A DNA stretch of 63,596 nt, filler included, from Octopus bimaculoides (taxonomy: Eukaryota): NCBI RefSeq assembly GCF_001194135.2. It is 8 parts of 5 records of this genome, joined end to end, with 100 filler letters (N's around TTAATTAATTAA, not from the genome) between each part and the next. Parts side by side here need not be neighbours in the genome. Positions count along the whole stretch, not along the records: positions 1 to 7,136 come from NC_068988.1; positions 7,237 to 9,930 come from NC_068981.1; positions 10,031 to 16,720 come from NW_026398154.1; 5 more parts are not named here. One strand, 5' to 3'. Shown here in pieces: positions 1-12,071 of this stretch. A program made the translations under genes and the position numbers. Numbering within the stretch: the stretch's first letter is position 1; the number at the start of each line of letters is the position of its first letter. The notes under the pieces are model-generated. The model made no database searches and was not told where the DNA came from. It saw only the letters and a program-made list of their open reading frames with translations.

Positions 1-26
1 CACACACACACACACACACACACACC
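1..26. repeat. (CA)n microsatellite
   Basis: Perfect CA dinucleotide run at the window start. Confidence 0.95.
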
Positions 27-376
27 ATTTTCTCTCCTTGATATTTGTTTTCTGAATTTTTGTTTTTGAATTTAATTTGATCGGTCTACGTGACTATTTT
101 CACGTCTCTGCTTGTCGTCTGTCGACCTGATCCAGTGAGGTCAGCCATTGCATCATTATATTCTTCTCTTTCATCACGATATACTTGCTCATCCTTCACC
201 CAGTTAACAAGTATCACATCTATTTCGTTTTTATTACTTATTATCGCAACAGCCAACATCTTTCTCTTTCCCAAAACACAGATTCTCTTTCACTTGACCT
301 TTATTCTTTCGTTCTGTCTTTTAGACGATCAGCCTCTATCTCACCGCCAGTCCATGTCTGTCTGTTTGTCTTTGTC

Positions 377-413
<37 letters not shown>

Positions 414-460
414 ATGCATATATATGAATGTGTATTTATGTGTGTGTGTATATGTCTGTA

Positions 461-502
<42 letters not shown>

Positions 503-647
503 ATGTATATTTAGTAATGTTTATATGCCAACAGAATGTGGCAGTCCTCTAAAGGACGATGTTACTGTTGTTTTAGCCTCAGGAAAACATCTTTTCCAGC
601 TGGTTATCGACACACAGTTTGTGTCCGTATATAGAATTTGGAAGGGA

Positions 648-955
648 GGTCATCGCTCCCATCTCTAGCCTTATGTGATACTCACAGACCTACGTTTCCG
701 GATGTTATCCGTTCTCAGACTCCAAACAAGATTTCAAAGCGTCGAAGAAATCTCAGACAATGTGATGAGGCAGCTGCTTGCTGTCCCCAAAACGGGGTTT
801 CAAGGAATGTTTCCTTCAATGGAAATGACACAGAATAAAGTGTGCAGTTTTAGAAAGGGACCACTTCGAAGGGGATTAAATGCTGAAGTGATACATGTTG
901 TGGTTTCTTTTTTTTTTATAACACCAGCCCTGATACTTTTTGATCTGACCTCGTA
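648..955 (+). mobile_element. Mariner transposon 3' end (decayed transposase C-terminus plus right TIR)
   Basis: Frameshifted LALCD...RFQSVEEISDNVMRQLLAVPKTGFQ...ERDHFEGD* matches the mariner C-terminus (PCD...GDYFEGD*). It ends in TGATACTTTTTGATCTGACCTCG followed by TA at 954-955. Confidence 0.85.
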
Positions 956-1035
956 GAGTTAAACAAACGTTTACACACACGTGTAAACAAAGACGTAAGG
1001 ATGATATGGAAAAAATATAATTATTAATCTAAGAT

Positions 1036-1067
<32 letters not shown>

Positions 1068-2011
1068 AAACAGAACAAGATAGACTCTGTTAAGGACGTC
1101 ATCGCTGTTCTAAAATAGTCGAGCACAATGAGAAAGATTAAGCAGGTGTAACTTGCATAAGGTTATATTTCGTGTACGTGATGAGAGCAGCGGATGAGTG
1201 GCTGCACGATTAAAGCTGTTACTAAAATAAATAATATGAAACGAGCTTATTGAAAAGCAAAGTTCAAACTCTTATATTACATAACAGTATTTATGGCGAA
1301 AGTATACGTCCATCGGTCCGTCCGCCTTTCCATTCGTCCATCCATCCATATATACATACGTACCTAATTTCCCATCCACTGTATACGTCTATACAGGTGC
1401 AAATATCTTCTACATCACATTTAAATACATGAAGGACGGAAAAGAGTGAAACATTAAAACGAGAGAAATATTAAAAAGATTTGCGTGAAATAAGTCAGCG
1501 CCGAATCAGTGGCGCCAAAACGGCGGTGCCAAAACTTCTCATGTCCTGTATGTATCTTTCAACATTTTCCTAGTTAGAGCGAATTCACCGAATGTAGGAC
1601 CTTGCTAAGCATCTGTGTTTAAAAACTTCGACTAACAAGAATAACAAATGAGGGGGGAAATGATAGCAAGGAAGATTGAAAGAAAGAAAGAAATTCCAGT
1701 TACTTCTGTGCGATGAAGATTATGGTTTTATATGTGTTTTATGTGAATATCTTGTAGAATATTCAGAGATTCGTTTGGTACTCCTCTCTGTTGGAGTTTG
1801 TATGAAACATATTTGTTAATGAACTTCAGTTCTACAATGTAATTAATTTACATTAATGAGGGCAAGCAGATACAAATTGATCGAGGGGGAGAAGTGGTGA
1901 TAGAAGTCACGTTACAAAGTGAAACGCTTAGTTTTACGTACAAAAACATTAAAATGATTTCTTCAATGATTTTGCACGTAAAACAGCTGTAAGCGCATTC
2001 ATCATTCATTC

Positions 2012-2043
<32 letters not shown>

Positions 2044-2475
2044 TCAGTAAGTTGTATGCAATAAATTTCTGCTTCCCCCCTTATACTGGTGACTACTAAA
2101 TATCACGGATTGATGGGGGCGACTCCTTGAGGTCGGCGCCTGCCCTCAAAACTTACATCAGCGGGGTAACTGGTACTTTATCAACTACAGCGTATGAGTA
2201 CGAGAGGGAGAGAGAGAAAGAAAAGACACACCTATTACTAGCCCACTTTACATTTCACCAGCTTCTTCATTTCTGCATTGTTCCAGTACATTTCAGCACC
2301 CATATACATACCTGTCCCCACCCCTTTCTCTCATCCTCTCTCTCTTCCCTCTCTGTCTCTCTCTCTCTCTCGCGCGCGTTTCTTTTCTTTATTCTTCTAC
2401 AACTCTGTGTAAAAATCACTTTCTTTCACACAGTTCCATATCAAGCACGTACAAATACATGGTGTACATGAATAC

Positions 2476-2521
<46 letters not shown>

Positions 2522-2699
2522 GCAGACATATATATATATATATGTGTATGTATGTATGTATGTATGTATGCATGTATGTATGTATGTATGCATGTATGTA
2601 TGTATGTATATATGTACACACATAAACAAACACAAAACTGTTTCTTCCACTTTGTCCAGTTAACTCTTATCTCTCATCCTTCTCTTCTTCTCTTCTTAT

Positions 2700-3226
2700 T
2701 TATCTATCTTTCAATCTAAGGTTGCCTGGCAGGATGCTGAACAATTGCGGGTCCTTGAAATCCGGACTATTGCAGTACTGAGTCATTATTTTAGATAGAG
2801 GAGACGGGATCTTTGGTATGAAGCAGTGCCGACCAGTTCGAGGACTGGTATAGCTGTCAATTCCAAAATTGGGAGCTAAACCCTCCAAGATCTTCCAAAT
2901 ATATATCACCGCATATCTCTCTCGTCTTCTCTCCAGGAAATAGAGACTCGGCTTTTTTAGCCTCTTTCAGTAACCCATCTTTTGCATTGAGTCAATCTTC
3001 TTTGTGTATTGGCGCTGGATTGCTTCGAGTTCCACAGTTTGTTTCACACTCTCAGGGGACCAAAGTTGGGAGCAGTAATACAAGCGACTGAGAACGAAAG
3101 GTCCTCCATAAGAATAGCAGGGCCTCCCTTTTCCTGGTTCTGAATGTCCTCAGAATCCATCCAGCCACTCGCTTACACAGTGTTGCCATTTTGGTAAAAT
3201 ACATATGGAATGTTGCATCATTGCTG
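2700..3226 (-). mobile_element. CR1/L2-group LINE, RT C-terminal fragment
   Basis: Minus-strand GWILRTFRTRKRE...LEAIQRQYTKKIDSMQKMGY*KRLKKPSLYFLERRRERYAVIYIWKILEGLAPN...PQLFSILP, with stops and frameshifts. Truncated by the gap. Confidence 0.8.
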
Positions 3227-4001
3227 NNNNNNNNNNNNNNNNNNNNNNNNNNNNNNNNNNNNNNNNNNNNNNNNNNNNNNNNNNNNNNNNNNNNNNNNNN
3301 NNNNNNNNNNNNNNNNNNNNNNNNNNNNNNNNNNNNNNNNNNNNNNNNNNNNNNNNNNNNNNNNNNNNNNNNNNNNNNNNNNNNNNNNNNNNNNNNNNNN
3401 NNNNNNNNNNNNNNNNNNNNNNNNNNNNNNNNNNNNNNNNNNNNNNNNNNNNNNNNNNNNNNNNNNNNNNNNNNNNNNNNNNNNNNNNNNNNNNNNNNNN
3501 NNNNNNNNNNNNNNNNNNNNNNNNNNNNNNNNNNNNNNNNNNNNNNNNNNNNNNNNNNNNNNNNNNNNNNNNNNNNNNNNNNNNNNNNNNNNNNNNNNNN
3601 NNNNNNNNNNNNNNNNNNNNNNNNNNNNNNNNNNNNNNNNNNNNNNNNNNNNNNNNNNNNNNNNNNNNNNNNNNNNNNNNNNNNNNNNNNNNNNNNNNNN
3701 NNNNNNNNNNNNNNNNNNNNNNNNNNNNNNNNNNNNNNNNNNNNNNNNNNNNNNNNNNNNNNNNNNNNNNNNNNNNNNNNNNNNNNNNNNNNNNNNNNNN
3801 NNNNNNNNNNNNNNNNNNNNNNNNNNNNNNNNNNNNNNNNNNNNNNNNNNNNNNNNNNNNNNNNNNNNNNNNNNNNNNNNNNNNNNNNNNNNNNNNNNNN
3901 NNNNNNNNNNNNNNNNNNNNNNNNNNNNNNNNNNNNNNNNNNNNNNNNNNNNNNNNNNNNNNNNNNNNNNNNNNNNNNNNNNNNNNNNNNNNNNNNNNNN
4001 N
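3227..4001. other. Assembly gap (one of about 17 N-runs)
   Basis: N-run. Seven short gaps carry a central TTAATTAATTAA spacer (7181, 9976, 16765, 42777, 52806, 54790, 60354). Confidence 0.98.
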
Positions 4002-4040
<39 letters not shown>

Positions 4041-5325
4041 GTACACACACATATATATATATATATATATATTTCTCCTCCCTCTTTCTCTCTCCCCTAT
4101 ATATATATATTTATATATTTCTCCTCTCTCTTTCTATCGTTATGTCAATGATACACGTAACTTTCAACCTGTTCAGTCCACTTCGTTGTATTAAGGGCTT
4201 CATGAAATAAGAATATTCATCAGCTCTGAACAATAACAGCAGCACAATAAGGGAGGCGAATAATTCCTTGGCTTACGGTGCTGAGCTGAGTAAATCCTGG
4301 GCTTTGCAGCAGAGAAATGGCTGACTTGCTAGAGATAAATAAGAAGTATTCAGAGATATCCTAATAATACAGTGTCTTCGGAGGGGTACCCCTGGGGTAC
4401 TCCGGTGTACTCAGTCGTTCTGATCATAAATCTTGTTTGCTTCTATAACGAAGAAAATACAACTCGGATATATTCATTAAGATTTGGAATCGACCCGTGC
4501 CTTGTGAGTGTACCTAGGCAGACAGAAACTGTGTGGGTGGACAGATGGATACATAGAACTACTTATAATAGTACAGACACACTCATTCATTTACGTTCTT
4601 TCTCTGTTTCTCGATTTCTCTCTCTCACTCTCCCTCTCTTTCTTCTTCCCTCACTTTGTCTCTCTCCCTTCCACCCATTCTGTCTCTCTTTTTCCCTCTC
4701 CCTCTCTGTCTCTCTACCTCTCTCTTCCTCCCGCTCTTTCTCTCTTACACACAACCCAAATCTCTCCTAAACACGGTCTAGTCTAAACAATTTCAATTTT
4801 CTTTGAAATGTTACAAATGTCATACATGATACTCTTGACCTGTTAGAAATAACAGCCAAGACATTTGACGAATTTCTCTAAATTGGCCATCTTCATTGTT
4901 TCGTCTAGTAGCAGGGTTTGTCATTCAAATCTTGACTACTTAATCTGATAATGGATGTCTACACCAAACCTCCAAATGTTAAGCCGTCCCTGAATAAAAC
5001 ACACCAACCGACTTTAAGGGAACTTCTCTCCAACTATAAACAATCAATTCGGTTACGTGCCTGAAACAGCCGCACGTTACTCCTTGGCGTGGAATTCTAT
5101 TATGTAATTCGCTCTTTGGTGCTGCCGGCATTTACCAAGACAATGCCAGCGATTCCATATGGCTGTTGTAGCCAAGTATTTATTGCTTTCGTCGACACTT
5201 GACGATTCACAGGTGAACCATGTAAAAATAACATTCTGTCTCTTTTATATTAGAGAAAAACCTTGACATGTTACGTCGACATCACTTGAAGCTAAGCGTT
5301 TGCACACACACTTACTCTCTCTCTC

Positions 5326-5413
<88 letters not shown>

Positions 5414-5502
5414 ACAAAATTAGCTAATATATACAGGTATGCATATAAATACATATACATACATAATGTATATATATATATATTAAAGATTGTTATGGCT
5501 AG

Positions 5503-5547
<45 letters not shown>

Positions 5548-5629
5548 TTGCACAAGGCCAGCATCGATTCCAGTGCTCAGCTGGTACTTATTTTATAGAC
5601 CTGAAATGGTATACAAGCGCCCTAAATGG

Positions 5630-5960
5630 GGGTACCCTTGAAGGATCTCTGGAGTGACGTACCTCGACAGAGTGTGTAGCTCGAATACCATGGAGCCTCT
5701 CCAGGTTAAACCGTTTCTTCTCCACATTGAAAGGTCAAAACTCCGGTACCAAGGACGAGTGATTAGAATCTCACAGGAAAGAATCACAAGATGGATTCTT
5801 CAAGCTGATGGTCACGCTTGGAAGCCCTGCCGGAAAGTGTAATGACGGTTGCTTCTGATTGGATTTCATGGAGGAGGTTCCCAGGGACTCTACTCCTGCG
5901 GCCCTAGCAAAGAGGGAGCAGCCGAAATGGGTGCATGACCATAGAAGTGTACTTTTCTCT
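5630..5960 (+). mobile_element. RTE-clade LINE, ORF2 C-terminal fragment
   Basis: RISGVTYLDRVCSS...LLHIERSKLRYQGRVIRISQERITRWILQA...KPCRK resembles the RTE end (LRWYGHV.RM...GRRPRGRP). Confidence 0.75.
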
Positions 5961-6065
5961 AAAGATCCTCTTTTCAAATGCGTTTATTATGTCCTTTTTT
6001 ATTTTTCACTTCTAATTGTAATCTTTTTTAGAACTTAATATTGTATATCTTCTTTATAATTTCAG

Positions 6066-6211
6066 TAAACGCGGAGTGCGTTGATGGATGGTTGCATCTT
6101 AGAACCGGCAGTTATATGTTTGTATGTGACAGGGAAGTTTACAGTGATGCCCTGGCCGTATGCAACGAAAACGGAGGCTCCTTGGTATCCGTCAATAATT
6201 TAAAAGAAGCA
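6066..6211 (+). CDS. Internal coding exon, N-terminal half of a C-type lectin domain
   Basis: Acceptor ctttataatttcAG ends at 6065; donor GTAAGT at 6212. The 146-nt exon is open (phase 1 to 0): NAECVDGWLHLRTGSYMFVCDREVYSDALAVCNENGGSLVSVNNLKEA, fitting the CTLD pattern C..GW.....Y.F......A...C...GG.L.S....E. Confidence 0.8.
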
Positions 6212-6300
6212 GTAAGTATAATTTGCTTTCATATTTTAAATTCTTTTCGAAGGCTTATCCAGAATTGCACATTAGTTCTTCAAGTTATTCTTAAATTATG

Positions 6301-6342
6301 TTCCACTGACGAAGCCTTATAAGGCCAAAATACGTCTAAAGT
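6301..6342 (+). ncRNA. Decayed hammerhead ribozyme motif
   Basis: CTGACGA (6306-12), helix II (a)gcctt-at-aaggcc, AAAA in place of GAAA, then GTC. Helix I is poor. Confidence 0.4.
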
Positions 6343-7336
6343 CGTCACTGAGTTCTTTTCTCTTGCTTCTTTTCCCAGAATCGGTGTAATTATGATTTAA
6401 ATTTATTGGATGTCTACACTATAATTTGTATGGAAATATAAAGGGAATTATATATGAATATTTTGTTATATCTCGGGACGATCATTACACCAATAATAAA
6501 CACGTGTACTGGTTCTATTTCACTTCAGATTTGAACATGACCTGGAATAGAGAAGGCATGTCGTTGAAGAGGTCGCGAGTAGCGACTAAAGGATTTTAAC
6601 AAACATAACTTACTGATTTATTAACCGAATAATTAATAAAAAAAATAGATTAGTTAATTGGCTAAATAGTTAACCAATTAACGAATAATTAACACCCATC
6701 AGTATTTGAACCCGCGTTTTCTGAGTTGACGCCTATGTATATTAACCATAATGGGATCCTTGTGCTTACATCTGTGCGCTGTTTCTGCATTTCCGGAATT
6801 GGCTGAGGAATTTAAGATATAAAATTTCTGATTCTGCAATTATAGATGTTAACTCCGTAAGTGATGACTTTTATCACTTTTGTACGGGCGAGCTTTACTA
6901 TAATAAGAAAAGATGTTTATTGATTAGTTGAAGTATTTAACATTTTACTAAAAGAAAACAATTATTTAAGTTTACACGCCCAAGAAAATTCTAATTTTAG
7001 TATATTTTTATCAAGGCGTTGTTTTTGAGTTTTTTTATTTTAGAGATTTCAACTACGGAAGGTATTTTTAATTCTCTGCGCTTTTTTTGAATACTGTGAG
7101 ATAGCGTTCCCTCTTTGTCTTTTGTCTCACCCATTTNNNNNNNNNNNNNNNNNNNNNNNNNNNNNNNNNNNNNNNNNNNNTTAATTAATTAANNNNNNNN
7201 NNNNNNNNNNNNNNNNNNNNNNNNNNNNNNNNNNNNCCATAGGCTACGTAGAAACGATGAACATGTTTTCAAGGGAGATAATCAAAGAACGTAACGTAAT
7301 ACTTCATGTAAAGTAAATATAACAAATGAAAAATCC

Positions 7337-7527
7337 TTCAAGAATACATAAAAATTCCCAGATCACTACCAAAATTTCATCATCTGTTCCTTGTGTTATT
7401 ACCAACTTTTCATACAAGTTTCATCAAATACCGTTCACAACTTTTTGAGTTATTTTGTATACAGAAGGACAGACGGACAAACCTACGTCGATGTAAACAT
7501 AACTTCCTTCCTTGGAGGAGGTAATAA
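7337..7527 (-). mobile_element. Non-autonomous Helentron/HINE (DINE-1-like) element
   Basis: Minus strand begins ttattacctcctccaaggaaggaagttatgt, followed by gtctgtcc microsatellite-like sequence and ataactcaaaaagttgtgaacgg...tgatgaaactt, typical of this class. Confidence 0.65.
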
Positions 7528-7549
7528 GACAAATGAAAAATCCCAATAA

Positions 7550-8750
7550 GGGAAAGCGATTTAAGGCTACTCGTGGAAAATCCCATAAAAGCCACTGGTG
7601 CCTGACCAACAGGGCTAGAGCCCTTCGTTTATTTTTCACAGGCGCATGCTCAAAATAGGTCCTTTCCGACATTCACCCACCTTTCAACAAATTTTCTAGA
7701 AGACAACACTTCCCTCTTCATCCTCACTTTTCTTTTCAAGTGAAACTTGAAAAGGTTTATGAGGGCTTGGCCAAAGAGGAAAGTGTCTGGCTTTAGCCTT
7801 TTCAAAGGAGTCCACCATACTACCTCTTTCACTACAACCACCAGACGAATACAAATTGCCTGCTCCCCCTAGCTAAAGGAGGGCGGCGGGACAATCTTCA
7901 CTACGGATTCAGCTGATAGCCGGATCTGTTCTACAAGCGACAGCAGGTGTTCGACATAAACCCACAGGTCAGCAATGCTCGGGCACTGGACGAGTGCGTG
8001 CAGAACGGCTTCGTCACTCTGCGTCACCTTGGGTAGGCCCGGCTGACAACACTTCCGTGCTTGCAAAATTTATTCCAACCGGGTAGCACCCCTTGGTAAC
8101 ACTGCCAGACGAGGGGTTTCTGGTAGTTATCCATAAGCCCAGAAAGTCCCCCGGAACAGATCGGTGAGTTGTTCTTCGTCGTAACTCAGAGTTTCCCTGA
8201 GAACGTCGTCGCACTTTTCCTCCACTAACCCTCTATAGAACGCTAAAGTGGAACTACGACCGACCACATTGCCCGCTTGGCAGAGGACTGTGAGCGCTTG
8301 ACTACACTCGAGGTGTCAAGCGCCCCTCCTCGGTCTACGCCTAATCCAGGACTGCAGCTCAGTCAAAGACACCAGCTGTGGAAGAGCGAGTCTAACAAAC
8401 GGCAACCACACCTACTCACCGTCAAGGAAACGCTGGAGATGTCGCACTCTGAGCGCATGTCTGCGCATCAGCAACCACGGCATGCCCCCATTCAGCGGTT
8501 GTTGACAACAGATGGAGCACCTTACCAGCGGAACGCGATCCCTCCACAGAAATCAGAGGTGTATGCGGACCAGCTTGTTCCGCCAACGTAAGGGGCAAAG
8601 GACGACGGTCAAGCGCTAGTAGGTGACGGATGTGATGTACACATTCTCCCCCTCTGCTCGACCTTTCAGGAACAGCTTCCTCTCGGCCGATTTCTGGGTG
8701 AGATTGGTTACCCTGTTCGTCACTTTGTCCCAGTTTTTCTCCACCTGGAT
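7550..8750 (-). mobile_element. L1/Tx1-clade LINE, 3' part of ORF2 (RT C-terminus plus zinc knuckle), decayed
   Basis: QVEKNWDKVTNRV...KLFLKGRAE; EAVLHALVQCPSIADLWVYVEHLLS; KEVVWWTPLKRLKPDTFLFGQALINLFKFHLKRKVR...KFVERWVNV, across frameshifts. Confidence 0.8.
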
Positions 8751-8769
8751 ATATACATATATACACACA

Positions 8770-9293
8770 CGCACATGCCCGCTTTCACAGGCTTGCGAAC
8801 GTCTTGCGCAGAAAGAATACAAGGGCAGACATAACAAGGTAGCGTAGAACCTTCACTAGCTACAATGCCGGAAGTATGGATATGAGGTAATGGGAGCTTG
8901 GCACCAACATACACCAGAAAACGTAAAGGACGAAACGGGGAAGGCCGGACATAGTAACCTTTAGGAGGGAAAAACAAGAGTGCCTAATAACCAGGAGATC
9001 AACATATTATTATGAAAGAAAGAGAGGAGATCGATAAATATGGAGACTTGGGAATTGAGATCGCCATGATGTGGCAGCTACGACAGTCAAATATAAAACT
9101 TCTGGAAACTTCAGAAATACCGTACAATCTAAGTATATTGCAAAACATGGCATTACTTGGAACAGCACACATATTGCGTAAGGTCCTGTCTCTCTGAGAT
9201 CCTTGTTGTAACGTGACAGACAGTATAAACCCCCGGTAGACACAATATCTTCAATCAACAAAATCACGATGTTGGATACTGTGTTACGTCTTA

Positions 9294-9356
<63 letters not shown>
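8770..9356 (+). mobile_element. R4/Dong-like RLE LINE 3' end with (TAA)n tail
   Basis: ACERLAQKEYKGRHNKVA...CRKYG...WHQHTPENV; KEREEIDKYGDLGIEI...LQNMALLGTAHILRKVLSL*; short 3' UTR, then (TAA)n at ~9295-9356. Confidence 0.85.
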
Positions 9357-9357
<1 letters not shown>

Positions 9358-9364
9358 GATAATA

Positions 9365-9582
9365 ATACTGGTTTCAAATTTTGCCACAAGAATAGCCATT
9401 ATGGGGGAGGGGATGAGTCAATTACATCGACTCCAGTGTTCAACTGGTACTTATTTTATCGAGCCTGAAAGAATCAAAGGCAAAGCCGACCTCGGCGGGA
9501 TTTGAACTCAGAACGGAGCGACAGGCGAAATACCTCTAAGCATTTTGTTCTGCGTGCTAACGATTCTGCCAGCCCGCTGCCT
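9365..9582 (-). mobile_element. tRNA-derived SINE family A
   Basis: Reverse copy of taaggcggcgagctggcagaatcgttagc...gttctgagttcaaattccgccgaggtcgactttgcctttcatcctttcggggtcgataaaataagtaccag, repeated more than 20 times in the window. Confidence 0.85.
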
Positions 9583-9642
9583 TACTACTACTACTACTAC
9601 TACTATTACTACTATCACAACCACTACTACTACTACTACTAC

Positions 9643-9680
<38 letters not shown>

Positions 9681-9681
<1 letters not shown>

Positions 9682-9930
9682 CCCAATTTCTGGTTAAAAC
9701 ACCTGCCAGGAATGCATAAAAAGCTGGCAGAAAACTTTAACAACATACTAGCAGAGCTAGAGACAATGCCTGAATGGCTCACAAAAGGGAAAACCATCTT
9801 AATCCCCAAATCCACGGAAACGGAGAAACCACAAAACTATAGACCTATAACCTGTCTCCCTACGATCTACAAAGCCTTTACTGCAATAATATCGCAGAGA
9901 TTGAGTAAACACCTGGAAAATAACAACCTG
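9681..9930 (+). mobile_element. R4/Dong-like LINE RT N-terminal fragment, uninterrupted, running into a gap
   Basis: PNFWLKHLPGMHKKLAENFNNIL...PEWLTKGKTILIPK...NYRPITCLPTIYKAFTAII. Starts directly after a (TAA)n tract. Confidence 0.85.
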
Positions 9931-10030
9931 NNNNNNNNNNNNNNNNNNNNNNNNNNNNNNNNNNNNNNNNNNNNTTAATTAATTAANNNNNNNNNNNNNN
10001 NNNNNNNNNNNNNNNNNNNNNNNNNNNNNN

Positions 10031-10340
10031 GACAGGCAGGTTTCCTGAAGTTGGTATTGCAAACCATAAGATCGGTTGCATCACAGAACTCCAGCAGTCT
10101 GGTTCCCTCCTCGTTGCGGGAACCGAAGCCATAGCTTCCATGTATGCCATGGTAGCCTCCAGCACGACGTCCGACATGACCATTGAAGTCACCAGTCACA
10201 AAGAGAAGGTCCCTGTCCCTTGTCGACGAGGTAGTTTGCAAGAGGGTGTCATAGAATTGGTCCTTCAGACCATCCAGTAGCCCCGGTTGAGTGGCATAGG
10301 CTGAGATGACAGTAGCTAGCCTATGATGAAGCACTAGTCT
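10031..10340 (-). mobile_element. RTE-clade LINE apurinic endonuclease domain fragment
   Basis: ISAYATQPGL...KDQFYDTL...LFVTGDFNGHVG...HGSYGFGSRNEEGTRLLEFC..DLMVCNTNFRK, open frame. Confidence 0.88.
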
Positions 10341-10444
10341 AATCTTAAGTACTCTGTCACATACTCTAACTACCTCGATTAATAGAAAGTAAATATCATA
10401 AGATAATAAAATGACTACACGTGTTTCATAACCAAATTTTCAAA

Positions 10445-10905
10445 TGGCACCTGTAACAGTGGAGCGCTAAGAGCACCGTCTGAGCGTGATCGTTGCCAGA
10501 GCAGCTGTCTGGCTTCCATGCCAGTGACACGTAAATAGCACCATTTGAGCGTGATCATTATCAGTGTCGCCTTACTGGCACTTGTGCCGGTGAAACATGA
10601 AAAGACATTCAAGCGAGTTCGTTGCCAGTACCGCTGGACTGGCTCCTGTGCAGGTGGCACATAAAATGCACCATTTTGAGCGTGGCCGTTGCTAGAACCA
10701 CCTGACTGGCCTTTGTGCCAGCGGCACATAAAAGCACCCACTACACTCCTGGTGTGGTTGGCGTTAGAAAGGGCATCCAGCTGTAGAAACTCTGCCAAAT
10801 CAGACTGGGGCCTGGTGTAGCCATCTGGTTCACCAGTCCTCAGTCAAATCGTCCAACCCATGCTAGCATAGAAGGCGGACGTTAAACGATGATGATGATG
10901 ATGAT
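10445..10905 (+). mobile_element. RTE LINE 3' UTR with internal tandem subrepeats and (GAT)n tail
   Basis: Repeated gatcgttgccag...ggcacataaaagcacc units, then ggcgttagaaagggcatccagctgtagaaac...catgctagcatagaaggcggacgttaaacgatgatg. The same UTR follows an RTE stop codon at 37658. Confidence 0.75.
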
Positions 10906-11023
10906 ATACATACATATACATATATATATACGTACATATATATACGTATACATACATACATGTATACATACATACATATGTGTACATACATATATGTTTA
11001 CATAGATACATACATACATACAT

Positions 11024-11068
<45 letters not shown>

Positions 11069-11485
11069 CACACATAAATGTTTTGAAGCACCCAGCCTTC
11101 TGTCGTCCAAGATCCCAGATGAACCTACGTTATGGCAAGAAACTCATATGATCTCAGCAATATCAAACTCTCTCATTCACTGAACACCAACGTGATGAGA
11201 TTGGCTATGGACAAGGTGATGATATTGGTCGTGTCCCACTAAGGACACAACCTTACTGCTGAAATGCATAAAAGAAAAATATATATGTATGTATTTTGTG
11301 TTATGGCCGTGGTAAAAGCACCCAGTGCAGTTTATGGAGTGGTTGATATTAGGAAGGGTATCCAGTCATAGAAATCATGCCAGAACAAGCAACGGAGCCT
11401 GATTGCTGACCCTGGTCTTACTAGCTCCAGTTAAACCATTCAACCTATGCCAGTATGGAAAACAGAGTTTTGATGATGATGATGA

Positions 11486-11551
<66 letters not shown>

Positions 11552-12071
11552 ACATACATTCATACACACAGTAGCATTCAATCCACTCTGTATAGTCGTT
11601 GGCATTTGGAAGGGCATCCAGCTGTAAAAACCATGCCAAAATAGACACAGAAGTTTGGGATAGTCTTCTGCCTGGCCAGTTCCTGTCAAACCTTCAGGTC
11701 GAAGCCAACATGGAAGGCAGGCATTAAATGATGATGATGATGATGATGATATATATATATATATATAGGCGTAGGAGTGGCTGTGTGGTAAGTAGCTTGC
11801 CTACGAACCACATGGTCCCGGGTTCAGTCCCACTGTGTGGCACCTTGGGCAAGTGTCTTCTACTTTTGTTGCACTGTCCAACACATGCCAGCATAGAAAA
11901 TAGACATTAAAACGACTTATTTCTTGAGTATAATTGAACAACACCTGATGTAACAAATGCAGCAGATGTTGGAGAATAAATGAATGATGGTATGAAAGAC
12001 ATAGTACAAACATGCTGAGAAAAAACTAGACATAAGAGAAATCAGATATAGAGTACAAAAAAAAAAGAAGA

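Noticed and set aside
86-274. 62-aa minus-strand ORF
   Set aside because: No domain similarity or convincing splice sites; purine-rich low-complexity flank.
1700-1790. LLCDEDYGFIC, resembling a C-type lectin C-terminus, and a possible signal-peptide exon
   Set aside because: No WND motif, it lies upstream of the N-terminal exon, and splice sites are weak; likely chance.
3052-4210. Long ORFs spanning N-runs (also 23177, 37500, 50859, 55839, 57870)
   Set aside because: Open only because N codons contain no stops.
6558-6600. TTGAAGA-g-gtcgc-gagta-gcgac-TAAA hammerhead-like motif
   Set aside because: Good helix II, but C3 and G12 are altered and there is no helix I; too degenerate to call.
7181-7192. 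TTAATTAATTAA centred in seven short N-gaps
   Set aside because: Identical 12-mer with all-frame stops, always flanked by Ns: an assembly spacer, not biology.
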